Shown one piece after another: positions 1 to 11,206 of a stretch of 64,000 nucleotides of DNA. The first letter of the stretch is position 1, and the number at the start of each line of letters is the position of its first letter. The notes beneath the pieces are model-generated. The model saw only the letters and a list, made by a program, of their open reading frames with translations. It did no database searches and was not told the origin of the DNA. The stretch is from positions 620,001 through 684,000 of the forward strand of contig OY253686.1 in assembly GCA_958009085.1 (NCBI GenBank). The letters run 5' to 3'. The stretch comes from Protoeuglena noctilucae (Eukaryota). Made by a program: the position numbers and the translations under genes.

Positions 1-27
1 GGCGTGCTTATTAGATAGCACACAGTT

Positions 28-950
28 TCATGCATTCACATCTCGGTCCGCTGGCTCACCGGGGTCGTGCAGGAGCCCGTAGGTGAGGAAGGGCAGGGCC
101 AGGGGCAGCCCCAGCAGCGCTGCGACACCGAGCGACTCCCGCAGAGCCGTGCTGCCTGCGAGTGCCAATGTGTGGGACATCTCTGCTCGTGCTGATAAAA
201 ACGACAGCAAAGATTCGAAGATTAACAACCATGGATGGTCGTGCCGTAGCTGCTAGTCGTTACTGGTAGTACCAGTATCTCTTCTGGCACGCGACGCACA
301 CCTGGGTTGTCGTGGGCGGAGGCGGGGATGCGGAGGGGCGTGGAGACAAACACGAGCATGCGCCAAATCCAGCACAGGAAGGGGAGCAGCAGCCCAGGGT
401 CCTCCATGGGACGGGGCCGGGGACCCCGGGGGTCGCGAAGGGCAGGGTTCGCTTTCCGCGCCTGCTCAATCCTCGCCCGCAGCTTCTCCGGCAGCCCCGT
501 GACCTCCGCGCCGCAGACCTCACACGTGGCGTCCACTCTGCGGCAGAGCCGGAATGTGACGGCATGCGGAAACGGGAGCACGGGGTCACGCCCCGCAACC
601 ACCGGGGCTCTTCGGACGCTCACCGCGTGTCGCCAAACCAGCGCTCCGCGCACTTCCGATGCATAAACTCGTCGCCGTGGCTGCATCCGCAGCCCAGGCG
701 CACGCAGCCGTCTCTCCGAGACCGCACCTCCCCCAGACAAATCCTGCGCGGAGTGCGAAAGCGCGAGCGGCGTTCGCGCCGCCACCGGAAACAAGTGTAA
801 ATGCTCCGTCCATCGCAATGGCTTGCTGGGGCATCGGAGCCCGACGTCGCTGGCGGGGTCAACACCAGCCAAGAAAGCACCAGCACTCCGCGTCCACCTG
901 CATTCCCGGCCGCGGGTCGGGGGCCCGGCATCGTCCTTGGATCCACCCAT
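28..950 (-). CDS. Small RING-variant (RINGv/MARCH-type, C4HC3) membrane E3 ubiquitin ligase, 4 exons
   Basis: Spliced model MGGSKDDAGPPTRGRECR|ICLGEVRSRRDGCVRLGCGCSHGDEFMHRKCAERWFGDTR|VDATCEVC gives the C-x2-C..CxC..HxxC..W..C-x2-C RINGv pattern. Two hydrophobic segments follow (LLLPFLCWIWRMLVFVST; LGVAALLGLPLALPFLTYGLL). Introns are GT-AG. An in-frame upstream ATG at 1007 is an alternative start. Confidence 0.8.
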
Positions 951-1166
951 TGCGAGGCACTCGCGGAGGACCCTGGCTTTTCTCCTCCACGCGAGGATCA
1001 GCGGCATCTTGGGCCGCCGCGAGGCCGGGCCCTCGGAAGCCGCGCGCTCTCCACTGGCCGTTTGCCTCGCATTCACAAACCACACGAATTCATCGCAACG
1101 AGATGTTCTGCGCAACGACCGGCACCTGTGGGGTTCTACAAGCGTGCTACTGACGCCTGCAACGAG

Positions 1167-4100
1167 TCAGGCAGACGCTAAGCTAGCTCCCCGCGACGCT
1201 CCCGCCGGCGCTCCATCCCTCCCGCGCCTTGCTCGCCCCGCGCTCGCCGCCGCGTCCTGCAGCCTCGCCACCGTCGCTGCGTCGAGCTTGCTCTCGCGCA
1301 AAACAAGGTCCAGGGGCACAGGACGGGCCCTGCAGGAGAGAGAACAGTTTAAGAAGACTTGGCGAAGAAAGGCAGGAGCGCGTCCGCATTCTGCCGCGCG
1401 CCCGGGCGAGGGCATCACGAGCGTCGCCATGCAGCTCGCACCGGAGGGCCGCCTCGAGGAATCGGGCGCCGTCCGCGCCGAAGGTATTGCCGGAGATGTC
1501 GAGGCGAGCGAGCCCCGCGTTGTCGCGCACCGCCTTGGCCAGCGCGGCCACGTCCCGGTCGCCCAGTTTGTTGCGCGCCAGTGACAGCGAACGCAGCGCC
1601 CGGTCCTCCGCCAGCGACGGCAGCAGCGCGGTTAGGCCCTCCGAGCGCAGCCGGCACCTGTCCAGCACCAGTTCCCGCAAGCACCCGCCCCCCAGCGCCT
1701 TGGCCAGCGCCCGCGCCCCATCCGCGCCCAAGTGATTGCGGCTCAGGTCCAACACCGCCAGCCGCGGGGGCGCAGACGCTGCGGGGGCACTCTCCGCCCC
1801 AGATCGCGTCGCCGATCCCGCTCCCTTGCCCCCCAGCGACCCCTCTCCCACGCCTGACCCTGCCCTGACCGCCCCCGCCCCGCCCTCGCCTGCCTCCCCT
1901 TCCGCCGGCACCAGGAGGGGCCACAGGGCCCGCACGCCCTCCCCCGCGATGTTGTAGTGGTCGGCGAGGTCCAGGGAGGTCAGCCGCGGCATCCACTTGG
2001 CAGCCAGGGCCGCCACCGCAGCCGTCCCGGGGTTGCCCAGGGCGTTCCCCGCCAGAAACAGCGCCGAGGGGCTCAGGCGCGGCTCAGTCGCCGCCGCGAG
2101 GGCCTTGGACAAGTCTTTGACCCCGTCGATGGAGACGGCATTGCTAGCGAGGGACAGCGACTCCACGGCAGAGCACAACACTAAAGCTGGTGCGATGCCG
2201 GCCACCCCCACGTCGCCCAGCCCGCACGAGGCGATCGTGACTTGGGCCAGGGTGCTCTTGGAATCGCGCAGGAGGGAGGCCAGCTCACTGCAGGTGAGGC
2301 AGGGGCGGAGGTGCTGCCCGTGCTGTGGGTGGTGCATGGCATGCATGTGAATATCAGCACATGTCCAAAAGCACGCTTGCAATTGAACGTAACACATAAT
2401 TCTGAGCAAGAAAACCCCGCCACTCCATCCCTCGCCTGATCGTGCTCCCGTGCGTTCCCAGCAGCACCCCCCGCACCGTCAGCGCCCGCGCACGTGCCGC
2501 GTAGCCGCTCTTGCGCAGCGCAGCGATCACAGCAGTCGCTCCCAGCGGCCCACAGTCGAGTCCGTCCAGCTTTACTTCGTCAAACGCGTCCGGCATCGTC
2601 CCACGCATGTCGTTCATCTGATGAAGCCCCGCATGCGCACCAGCCCCAGCCCCAGCCCCGCCCATTGCCGTGCCACCGATAGGGGCCTCCCCCGCAGCCA
2701 CGCCGCCCCCAGCGAGCCGCGCCACTGCCTCCCGCACACTCCCCGGCGGCGGCAGGGCAGCCACCGGCATCGTCGGCCCCACCGTGACCCCACTGCCCTG
2801 ACCCCGTTTGCCATCTGCACCAAGCTTGTCGGATACTCCGGGCTTGGCCTCTCGTGACCCATCCAGCAGGATCTTTGCCAGCACGAAGGCCCCTGGAGTC
2901 CCCACCGCACCAGACAGCACCATCGCCCACGCCCTGCCGCCCACAACCCCATCGCCCGCCCGGGCCTGGACGATCGGCAACCCCACATTGTCCGCACCGT
3001 CACCATCGCCACCCGCGGGCAGGCGCACGGCCGGCAGGGCGACGCGGCCGTCCACCCCGCGCACCAGCTCCACTCCGTTAAACCACCCGACATGAGGATT
3101 GTCGCACGCGGCGCATGCGAGGTCCCACCACACAGACGCCGAGGCGGTGGCGGAGGCGGACGCAGTCCCGGATGCCGCAGCCGCGTCTCGCTTGGCCCTG
3201 TCGCTCTCCTCGAGCATCCTGTCGATGTCCTGGTGCAGTGCCTGGGCCACTTCGTCACCGCCGCCCCTCGCGGCCTTCGCACGCCCCGACCGGCTCCGCT
3301 CCACCTCTACCCTGGCGTCGCCACGCGTGGCAGGGCCAGCCTCGATGCGAGACTCGCAATTGGGGAAGAGAGGGACGCCCTCCCCGGCTGCACACGCGAT
3401 CGACTCTGCCAGTGCATGGTCGATGTCGATAGTGATACGCGACAGGCGGCAACCGGGCCAGGTGAGTGCCCGGCAGAGCAGCACTAGATCAGGGGCCGAG
3501 AGGGCAGGTCCCCGGAGGGAGAGGGTCGCGAGGCGGCCCGCGCAGATGTGCCGGAGGGGTGTGCGTGCTTGGAAGCCGAAGTCCGACAGGCGGTGGTCTG
3601 GGGAGGCGCAGGCGTGGATGGCACAGTCGGACACTGCATGAGCACACCTGGGGGTAGAGGACGGGGGTAGATAGGGTCAGTGATGTGTATTCGTGACAAG
3701 CCAGTACGTATTGGTGAAATTAGGCATATGATGGCTGTTTCCGTATGATTTGGATTTCAGTACTCGCCTCATGGGCGCCCCGGCAATGGTCATGGACTCG
3801 ACGGCGACGTTGCCAGCGATGACGTCGCACAGGGCCTGCGTCAGGCCGGGGATGCCCTGGGCGGCGGGCGTGAGTTTCAGCCGTAGGTCGGTCGGGGCAC
3901 TCGATAGGTGGCAAAGGTCCATGGATGCCACCTCGGCAGGGACGCGGCGGGCGTCGTCACCCTCGCCGACTGAGAGAGGGAGGCGGAGTTGGTGCTTATC
4001 AGTGGGCCAGTCAGTGAGGGCAGGCGGGTGAATGTCAGTGGTGGTGGCGTTGACGCGGATCGGAGTGGAGAGCGCAGAGCGTGGCTCGCAGGGCATTGCA

Positions 4101-7100
4101 AGGCATGCAGACAGCATCCATTAACGTGCGTGAACCATCTAGGCAAGCAACACACCCTCCGCAGCTTGCCACCCGTTCCAATGCACTCTTGCACCGACAT
4201 GTGCGCCACACTCACCCTGCGTCAGCCCCACCACGCGCCCCCGCTGCTCCGCCACCGCCCGCAGCGCATCCACGCTCAGCAGCGGGAGCATGGTGTCCGG
4301 CATCCCCAACGCCCGGCCCAGGCGCCACACCGCATGCGTTGCCAGTGGCCCCTTCTCTCGCTCCCGGCCCTGCCCCGCAGCAACCCCACCGCCACCATGC
4401 TTCGCGTTCCACTCCCACACGTCCCACTCGCCCGTCCCCGCGGACCCAGGCGGCAGCTGCAGGTCTGGAGCGTCCCCAGAGTAACTGACCATCGCCCCCA
4501 CCGCCCGCTCCAACGCCACCGCCGCCGCTGCGTCGATGTCCTCCAGGCCACGCCGCAGGGCGAGCCGCCCCGATGTGGCCTCGGTGCGCGGTTCTCTCAA
4601 AGGGCTGCCCTCTGCCCCTTTCGCACGCGACACCCCACTGTCCCCCGCCTCAGCCCCAGACCCGCCGCCCTTCTCACGACCTTGCCCCTTCCTCTCCGCG
4701 CTCTCTCCCTTCCCCGTCGCCACCCCAAAGTGCGCCCTTAGCTCCTCTGTAGACGTGCCATACGGCGCAAGCACCATCACACGCGCCCCATGCAGCGCCG
4801 CCTCCCGCAGCACCACCCCTCCCCACCGCCCCGCCCCCGGCACCAGGGAGCCATTGCCACCCAGCTTGCCACCGCCTTTGCCACCGGTGTGCGGCAGCTT
4901 GGGGACCACGAAGAGCACAGCGTGGGCCACGCGGGCCAGAGGTGCGGAGAGGGGCTCCTGCCCAGCGTCGTATGCTTCCAGGGTGGAGCTGTAACCCATG
5001 TGGAGGAGAGAGTTCTGCATGAATGTGGAATGAGATGCTGTTGCGTGTTTGTGTGTGGGTGAGAAGGGTATGGAAAGGTACAAGGACATGGCATCGAAAG
5101 GAACAACGGTGGAATGACTGTGCTTTCGCCATTGCACACCCCAACCATGCCCAACCCCACGCTCGTCGCAGCAGCCCCGCTCGCTGCCTCACCTGCACCG
5201 CCTCCGCTGCCGCCCAGGCCGCGGACCCCTTCCCTCCCCCCACGGGCACCGTGAACACTCGCACCGCCAGCCCCAGCGCCCGCAACGCCCGCGGCGCCCG
5301 GCCCAGCGCCTCGGCCAGCCGCCTGCGCTCCCACGCCCGCAGGTGCTCCTCCGCTCGCTTCGCCTGGCGGCACGCGTCGTCCCAATCGGCAGCGTCCCTC
5401 GCAAGGACGGCGTCGGACAGAGCGTACACCACCCTGAGAGCATGCGAAGGTGCTGGATGATGACATGCGATGACTAGTAAGCAAAGACGACAGAGAGAAA
5501 CGTGTGCCGTGAGGGGTGTTGGGAACACAGCACTGGCATCCCTCAGTGCTACTACACGAAGGAATGGGCTGCTGTCGCTGTCGACATCGATGCCAACAGC
5601 AGAAAAGCATAGACCAGGCAGGCAGGCCACCCGCTGATCCTCACCTCCGCATCTCCCCCACGTCCTCCACCCCCGCAAGCGCCCCTGCCTCCTCCCCCTC
5701 CCTCTCCCGCCCCTCCCGCCCCTCGCGGCGTGGGTGCCGCACCGGCGATACCCCCGGTGACTTAGTCCCCTCCACGGCACCCTGCCCCGCTGCGCTATGA
5801 CTCGCACCCGCCTGCCCCGGCGCTACTTGCTGTGTCGCCACCCCCGCTGCCTGCGCCTGCCTGGCTGCTTGCTCTGCCGCCTCTGCTGCGCGCCGCTCGG
5901 CGTCCGCGGCTGCTTCCCTCGCCGCCGCGTGCTGCGCCAGTCGCCGCAGCGCCGCCCGTTCCGCATCCTCCGCCCGCTCCCGCCGCACCCGCTCCGCTGC
6001 CACTGCGCTCTCGGCCGCCGCAGCTCGCCCGCGCCACTCGGCCACCTCCGCCCGCGCCACCCTCGTCTCCTGAGCGACGATAAGCAAAGAGTGATTGAGT
6101 ACGTGGTTGTGTTGCAACGTGGTTGACAAGATACCAGACTGCGTCAGTCACGGTCTCTGTGCCTTCATCGCTGCAAGACCCACACCCTTGCTCTCATCGC
6201 ACAGCCACCCACACCAGTCATCGCACCCCCAGTCATCGCTGCCACGCCTCACCTCCGCCGCCACCCCCGCCGCCTTCTCCGCCCTCTCCCGCCTGTCTGC
6301 TTCCGCTGCCGCCTTCTGCAGTGCCTCTTGCTCGGCCCTCTCTGCCCTCTGACTCTTCTCCCTCGTGCGCTTCACCTCCTCCCACACCGCCTGGGGTTTA
6401 GCCATACATAGCAAAGGGTTTGTATGTACATAGTACGTACTACACAGTCGCATGATCGGCAAGGGGGTGGGCCATGAGTAGTAAGACATCGGGCTTTTGT
6501 ACATCTGGTCAAATACTTGGCCCACAATCATCGACACTCCCCGCACCTGCAGTGCCTTGGCAGACTCCTCGGCCTGTTCCCTCGCCAGCCCCCGCAGGCT
6601 CAGCGTCCCCGCCTCCACCTCCCGCAGACGCACCGCCATCGCCGCCTTCTCGTCTTCCAGCTCGCTGCGGAGCCACTGCGATGGGCACACGAACATACAT
6701 GGCAGATGTCAGACATCGATAGAATGACCACTAACTGCCCCGATCCAACCATGCACACCCCCGACCCCTCTCGACCCTTGTGGTATCCTCAGCAACCAAC
6801 CAGCCCCCACGTGTGTCACATGTGGCACCCTGATCGTCGTGCTACTCCCTTCCCCACATCTCCCTCCCGTCTTCGCACCTTGATCTGCCCCTGCGCCTCC
6901 CCGTATGCCGCCCGCAGTGCCCCCAGCGCCGCCTCGGCTGCACGCGCCCGCTCCTCCGCCACCTCCGCCGCCCGCAGAGCCTCCGCCTTCTCCCCCGCAG
7001 CCCGCGCCTCCAGGTCCGCCACGCGGCGCCGCAGCCGGGCGATCTCCGCCGTCGCCCCCGGGTCGTGGACCGCTGCTGCCGCCTCGGCTGTCACTGCACG

Positions 7101-9109
7101 CTCGCATGCGGCCAGCAGCGCCGCACGCAAGGAAGCCACAGCCAAGGCATCCACAGCCAGGCCCTTGGCATCCGCTCCAGTCTTAGGCGTGACCTCCGCC
7201 CCCCTGGCCCTCTCTGCACCCTTGTTACTGCTGCCTTGCTCTCCCTCAGCTGCCCCTCCAACCTCTCCCCACGCTCTCCGCGCTCCCCCAGGCACTCCCT
7301 GACCGTCCCCAGCATCCCTGCCCTGCCGCTGCGTCACAGTAGCCCCACCCTCCCCACCGCCGGCACCGTCCGTCCCCGCCCTCTGCCCCCCACGGACGCC
7401 GATGTTGGCCTTGGACCCCGTCACCCCTTCGAATCCCCGCAGCACCGTGTTCTCCCGCGACGTCGCCAGCGGCAGGTCACGCCCCGCCAGAATCGCCGCC
7501 TCCGCCTGTGCCAGAATCACCGCAGCTGCCGCGAGCGCGGCCTCGCTCGCACCCCAGTCGCCCACCCCGGCCTGTCCCATGGACTTCCGCGGGTCTAGCC
7601 CCAGGAACTCCAACGGCCGCGCCTTCACGTGGAAAGCCGCCAGCCTCGTCTCCTCCGCAGCAACCCCACCCACCCCGACCAGACGGGGCGACGTGGCGGC
7701 AACAGCCGGGCCTGGCCCAGACGCCCCATCCAGCTCCCCACTCTCGCCGTGCCTGTCCTCATGTTTGCCCGCAGCCCCGCTGTTCCCTTCTCGCGCAGAC
7801 GACCCACGCACCCCTGCACCCGCCGACGCCCCATCCGCTGCAAGACCCCTCCAAGCACCGGTGTGTGTTTCTGGCACATGCTGTGCCTGTGCAACATCCC
7901 CCGCCTGCTTGGGTAGCGGATTGGACGTCGCAGTGGGATTTGAAACAACACCCGGTGCTGGTGCGGGTGGCTGCGTGGGGGGCGGGCCCCGGCCAGTGCC
8001 TGCACAGGGCAAAGACAAGAGTGTCAGAGGGTCAGCAGTGAAGGCCAGCTGATAAAACTGAATGGAGCCGAGGTTAACGATACACACACCACTCGCCTGT
8101 GACGGGGGCGATGGGTCCTGTGGGGCCAGGGATCGGCACGTTGCGAGACTTGCGCACCACTGACCCCGACGGCCCCACCCCCGCGGTCCCCTCGACGCCC
8201 GCGTCATCTCTCGGCCCTTCCGACGCTTGCGAGGGTTCTGCCCCTGGCCCCGTTGGCGCCCTGCCCGCCCCTGGAAGCGCATTCTCCTTGCCCCCAAACA
8301 CGCTCACGGCGCCCGTCACTCTGGGCTTGGGCATCGTCGCCATCAGCACACCTGCGCGCAAATGTGGGAGACGGCCGGGGATGGGGAAGCGCGAGCTGTG
8401 CGTGGATAAGCCAGTTGGCACGAGGCACGGACACCAACATCGCATACAGCCTGCTCCGTGCACCCCACCTGAGTTGAGGCTGGCGCTGGCACGTGCCTCG
8501 GGGCCCCCTACGCTCGTCACGCCGTCAAACATGTCCGCCGATCGCTGCACTCCGCTTGGTCCCGCCTTGGGCGCGGCTGGCGGTGCACGGGGGCTACCCG
8601 GGGGCGTGATGGCGCTGCGGGTGGGGTGGGGCCAAAGGGCTACGACGTTTACAGAGTATGCCAATCCACTGCATCGGTTCTAAGTCACGATTGGCAGTCG
8701 GCTCTCACCTCGCCGGGAGGTCCTCGTACTCGGGATGAAGAAAGCGAGTGCTGCTTCGAGCTGAGGACGCTCCCTCCGATGGCTCGGGTGCCAGATCCGC
8801 AGGTCCGGGGGTCGTTCCGGGACCTTCGTGCGGAAAGGAGGAACGGCATGGGTTTTTCCACACGCGGGGAAATCGGAATCCCTCGGCAAAATGCGAATTG
8901 CATGTTGTCATCTGAACGGACGGGCGCGAGAATCCTGAGGCCGACGCTGGCCGAGGAGACTCACGTGGTAACGTCTTAAGCCACGAATTGATGTGGCGCA
9001 GGTGTCCGGCCCCTCGGCCGGCCTGCGGCGGGCCAGGGGGGCCCAGCTGCGCCACCGCCCCGCGCGCGGGCAGCATGTGGCCGCGCTTCTTCCCCGGCTG
9101 CGCCGACAT
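1167..9109 (-). CDS. Large multi-exon protein: disordered N-terminus, long Ala/Glu/Arg coiled coil, C-terminal RNI-like leucine-rich repeats (could be two genes)
   Basis: Exon ~1442-2289 has clear LRRs (LSLASNAVSIDG, LFLAGNALGNPG, LDLSRNHLGADG, LVLDRCRLRSEG, LSLARNKLGDRD, LDISGNTFGADG). The last exon reads ARPVPLDLVLRESKL..* to 1167. Exons at ~5200-7150 are coiled-coil-like. Several junctions were checked for phase; the start and some internal exons are uncertain. Confidence 0.55.
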
Positions 9110-9922
9110 GGCAGCGTCTTCAGCAATCACAGATGCGCGTCACGCGTTCATCCCTAGGCAACAGGGCAAGCTTGGGAGCACGAAAAGACAGGGCAGGCAT
9201 CCAAACATCAGCGCAGGCGGGGTGCCATCGTTTTCCTATGGCGTTCGTTGATCCCTCGCGATAGCTGCTGGGGCATGAAGGCGATCGAGCTCTCTGATTT
9301 TCTTGCCAGTGATTGTACGCCGTCGCAAGTGTTGTCCAGTGGTTTTTCAAAGAGGTCGCCGGGCATTGAGCCGCGTCAAGCTTCCCGACCTCGATACCTG
9401 GACGTATCAAGCTCGACATCGCTCCTTCCCTCGGTGCTTCCTGCCCGCCCACCGTGGGTTTCGGGCCTCTTCGTTGCCTCGCCGCGCTCTGACTGGGGAC
9501 CCTCGCAGCCATGGACTTGCACGCGCAGGAACAGTGAGTAGCTGCCACTGTCAGTGGCCGCGGAAAGCCCAAGCGCGGACCTCATGGAGCCGTGCAACGG
9601 AGCTTGTGGTGCAACGATGGATTTTGCAGCGATGTCCGAGCCCTGTGCGTCGTACAGTGAACATAGTGTGGCGGTTCGATGAATGACTGTGGGAGGAGCT
9701 GTCGTGATGGCCGGCGGACTCCCTTGTTTGGGTCATGTCAACACGTGGCTGCCCAGCAGATCCTGAGCTTTTGGCGATCCCGTCGATTGCTGAGGGTGCA
9801 TCTTTCTGGTCTCCTTCGATGGCTGTTGGAATGCGGCGTGTGCCAAGCGCGGGGTGGGGCGGCCCCGTGCCTTTCCTTGCCGCCGGGCCGCACCAGCCCA
9901 CTCGAGGGCCCCTTCGCCGCGG

Positions 9923-10955
9923 ATGAGCGTCGGCGATGTCCCCGCCCTCAGGATGGCCATCATGGCCGCGATGGAGAACGCCAAGGCGGAGGCGGAGGCC
10001 CAGGTTCGCGCGGACCCCACCAATGCGCAGGCCCACTTGCAGTGGGGCGCCGCGCTGCTGGAGCTGGCTCAGGTGAGGCGCTCGCTCGCTCGCTGACAAT
10101 ACGAGTCATGGAGGGGGGCGCCAATGATGCGTATTCGTTGCGCGGGGACCTTGCGAGGCAGCATGGGCACTTTGCATGGGCTGGCCCCGCCGAACGACGG
10201 CGCCTCTTCCCGCGAGCAGCTCAAGACCGCAGACGAGGCGAAGAACCTCGTCACGGAGGCGGTGGCCAAGCTGCGGCGGTGCTTGGAGCTGAAGCCGAGC
10301 GAGCACAAGGCGATGTGGTGCCTGGGGCAGTGCCACCACGCGCTGGGCTTTATGACGGAGGACAGGGAGGAGGCGGAGGAGCTTTTCGCGGTGCGAAGTT
10401 TGCAGCGAAAGGCACCGCGGTTTCCAATCGCGCGTCGTCGCGTGCAGCTGAGGTCACATCGCGTCGCGTTGCCCACGCAGACCATGACGCAGGAGTTCCG
10501 CAGGGCGGTGGAGCTAGAGCCCGGCAATCCCGTGTACCAGCACAGCGTGGAGCAGGCGCGTCAGACCCTGGACATGTGGGAGCAGATCCACGAGCAGCTG
10601 CAGCACCAGCAGCGGCTGCAGGACGTCGGGGAAATCCGGCCAGCGCGCGGAGCGGGGCGCAAGGCGACGTCGTCGAAGGTGGGATCGAACGCAAGCGCGT
10701 GTCATGTCCAGCGGCGCTTTGTGGGGCCTGCCGGGCGTGCCAGGCCTGCCCTCCCATGTGTGTCAATGTACCTTCATCAGGCTCGGCGTCAAAGACCGCA
10801 AGAGGAAATTTTCCTTGCCGCAGAACGCCTTCTGGGGCATCTCGGAGGACACGTGGGTGGAGGGCATCGCCTGGGTGGCCACGGGCGTTTTGGCAGTGGG
10901 CCTCATCTACATGCTCAACCGCGCAGCGCCCCCGCCCCCTCCGCCCAAGGCCTAA
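9923..10955 (+). CDS. TOM20: Plant-type mitochondrial import receptor TOM20, 4 exons (9923-10072, 10220-10390, 10481-10678, 10824-10955)
   Basis: DPTNAQAHLQWGAALLELAQ, EAVAKLRRCLELKPSEHKAMWCLG and FRRAVELEPGNPVY are plant TOM20 TPR motifs. It ends in a C-terminal TM anchor (IAWVATGVLAVGLIYML) followed by a PPPP tail. Confidence 0.9.
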
Positions 10956-11206
10956 TGCCTCATCCGAAAGGGCGCAGCGAATGGCCTGCACTCCACGCCA
11001 AGTTTGCTGCATCGCTGCCTGTATGTGCCTGTGACGAGCTGAGCCGGGCATGTTCTGGATTGAATTGACTTTCGCCGCCCCAAACAAATGACTAGAAATG
11101 CGACGGCGCGGGCAAAGGGGCCTCTTCAGCGATGGCTTATAAGCCAGCGCTCGCCAGCTGCAAGGCGGCACGCGTCGACGCAACTGCTGGACTCGAGCCA
11201 TCTGGC

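Noticed and set aside
9120..9922. Separate small gene between the LRR gene and TOM20
   Set aside because: The ORFs have no recognisable motifs. The region may be UTR/promoter or an extra 5' exon of the LRR gene.
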